From: a virus
Taxonomy: Duplodnaviria > Caudoviricetes
IMG/VR virus record: IMGVR_UViG_3300035135_002479
Coordinates: 1-25,204 of that record
Direction: 5' to 3' (one strand)
Length of the DNA: 25,204 nt
Position 1 is the stretch's first letter. Each line of letters opens with the position of its first letter. Below are positions 23,949 through 25,204 of this stretch, piece by piece. The notes beneath the pieces were generated by a model that saw only the letters and a list, made by a program, of their open reading frames with translations, was not told the origin of the DNA and searched no databases. The position numbers and the translations under genes were made by a program.

Positions 23949-25204
23949 ATGAAGAAACTGTTTACATTAATATTATTTTTATTTTCCTTTATAGGATTCT
24001 CACAAAGTGGAGATGGGTATATAAATTATACTTCATGGAGAACACAATGTGGTAATGGATGTAATATTCAAACAACGATAAATGGAACAGCCGTTACAGT
24101 TGCTGGTCATATGAATAATACATTAGAGTTTGATGCGGCAATGAGGGAATATGGTGGATTAAACGCAGCCTGGATATTAAATAGTGGTGAAACCCAAGCA
24201 TTTAGTGCAGGTGGTTTCGGTACTTCAGTACTTTCATATAATGGTGGTAGACCTATTGGACCAGGTAACTCACAAGGAGAATATTATATAGTTGATTACA
24301 CAGGTTGGTTTCAAGCAAATTCAACAGGTAACTATAAGTTTTGGACTTATTCAGATGATTCACACGAATTTTGGTTAGATTTAGATGGTGATGGTGTATT
24401 AGAATCTACTGAAATGATAACTAAAAAATATAACGGTTCAGGTAATAATCAATCTACTAACATTTCACTTACAAGTGGAACTTGGTATAAATTAAGAGTA
24501 AGATTCCATGAATTCACAGGTGGTGATTGGCTGAGAATACAATATCAAGACCCAACACATAATGGTGGTTCAACTACTTCCTCTTGGAGAATACTTGGTG
24601 ATACTACATGGGGTGATAAAGTATCAAATGCTGAACCAGCACCTACATTTGTAAATACAGTTGCAAATGATGGACCAAATGCTATTATTTATAAATCATT
24701 CAAAATAAATGATTATGCTAATAACAATAATCAGGGTGAATATAATGACCATCCACAAAGTTCATCTGATTTTGATGCTATGTTTGATTATGCTAATAAA
24801 AATACTACTACTTGGACACATTATGGTAGAGATACAGCAACAAAAGCATTTACTTGGCCATACCCTAATCTTCTACCAAAACACGACAACACCAACTTTG
24901 GGTGGATAATAGAAGGTTACTTTGTACCCCCAACTTCAGGTACTTATAAATTTCAATTAAATTCAGATGATAGAAGTGATTTTTGGTTTGATGCAAATGA
25001 TGATGGAACAATTACTAATACAGGTATAGGATTGGGTAATGGAGCTAGAGAAATTGATATAACAAATTTAACAGCAGGTGTATCTTATAAGTTTAGAGTT
25101 AGATTTGAACAAGGAGCTGGAGGAGCCAACTTAACATTAAAATGGAAATCACCTGAAGATATAGCAGCAGGAGCTGCATTTGCTTTCAATGGTAATACAA
25201 TATA
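23949..25204 (+). CDS. Secreted protein with two tandem PA14 domains (3'-truncated, not in the ORF track)
   Basis: My translation is open to the window end: MKKLFTLILFLFSFIGFS|QSGDG...YTGWFQANSTGNYKFWTYSDDSHEFWLD...LTSGTWYKLRVRFHEFTGGDWLRIQY...IEGYFVPPTSGTYKFQLNSDDRSDFWFD...LTAGVSYKFRVRFEQGAGGANLTLKWKSP. Both repeats match the PA14 consensus. Confidence 0.88.
   Translation, partial: MKKLFTLILFLFSFIGFSQSGDGYINYTSWRTQCGNGCNIQTTINGTAVTVAGHMNNTLEFDAAMREYGGLNAAWILNSGETQAFSAGGFGTSVLSYNGGRPIGPGNSQGEYYIVDYTGWFQANSTGNYKFWTYSDDSHEFWLDLDGDGVLESTEMITKKYNGSGNNQSTNISLTSGTWYKLRVRFHEFTGGDWLRIQYQDPTHNGGSTTSSWRILGDTTWGDKVSNAEPAPTFVNTVANDGPNAIIYKSFKINDYANNNNQGEYNDHPQSSSDFDAMFDYANKNTTTWTHYGRDTATKAFTWPYPNLLPKHDNTNFGWIIEGYFVPPTSGTYKFQLNSDDRSDFWFDANDDGTITNTGIGLGNGAREIDITNLTAGVSYKFRVRFEQGAGGANLTLKWKSPEDIAAGAAFAFNGNTI

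Noticed and set aside
24709-24909. 66-aa + strand ORF in the track
   Set aside because: Out-of-frame overlap within the PA14 gene 23949->25204.
1-25204. tRNA, rRNA, integrase or transposase; alternative genetic code
   Set aside because: None recognised, and intergenic gaps are too short apart from 17098-17248. Genes tile cleanly in code 11 with TAA, TAG and TGA all used as stops.

Overview
AT-rich, densely packed window with every credible gene on the + strand. It most plausibly comes from a large dsDNA bacteriophage (inference from a Cas4-like PD-(D/E)XK nuclease, a stand-alone GroES, tandem 2OG-Fe(II) oxygenases and no housekeeping context). There are three blocks. (1) 1-3990: a 5'-truncated nuclease, a small modification cassette (two paralogous 2OG-Fe(II) oxygenases, GNAT, SAM methyltransferase, GT-like protein), an RHH-like protein and a 45-aa ORF. 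(2) 4001-17097: a tightly coupled glycan-synthesis cluster with about nine soluble glycosyltransferase-like genes, an NDP-sugar epimerase, a C-terminally truncated UDP-glucose dehydrogenase, UDP-galactopyranose mutase (glf), a sulfotransferase, DUF2061 and GroES. It ends at an intrinsic terminator and has no flippase, polymerase or initiating transferase. (3) 17249-end: a separate operon made almost entirely of exported or membrane proteins. These are two CsgG-like paralogs, a cohesin/dockerin-like protein, a lipoprotein resembling a detached T9SS C-terminal Ig domain, a coiled-coil/TSP3 lipoprotein, small membrane proteins, a 34-aa peptide that repeats a loop of the adjacent CsgG-like protein, a protein with a long Ser/Glu stalk and a putative beta-barrel, and a tandem-PA14 protein running off the window. 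Signal peptides follow the Bacteroidota Gln(+1) rule. Block 3 is the best candidate for an undescribed system: a phage-encoded cell-surface secretion/adhesion apparatus. All family calls come from motif recognition by eye; no searches were run.
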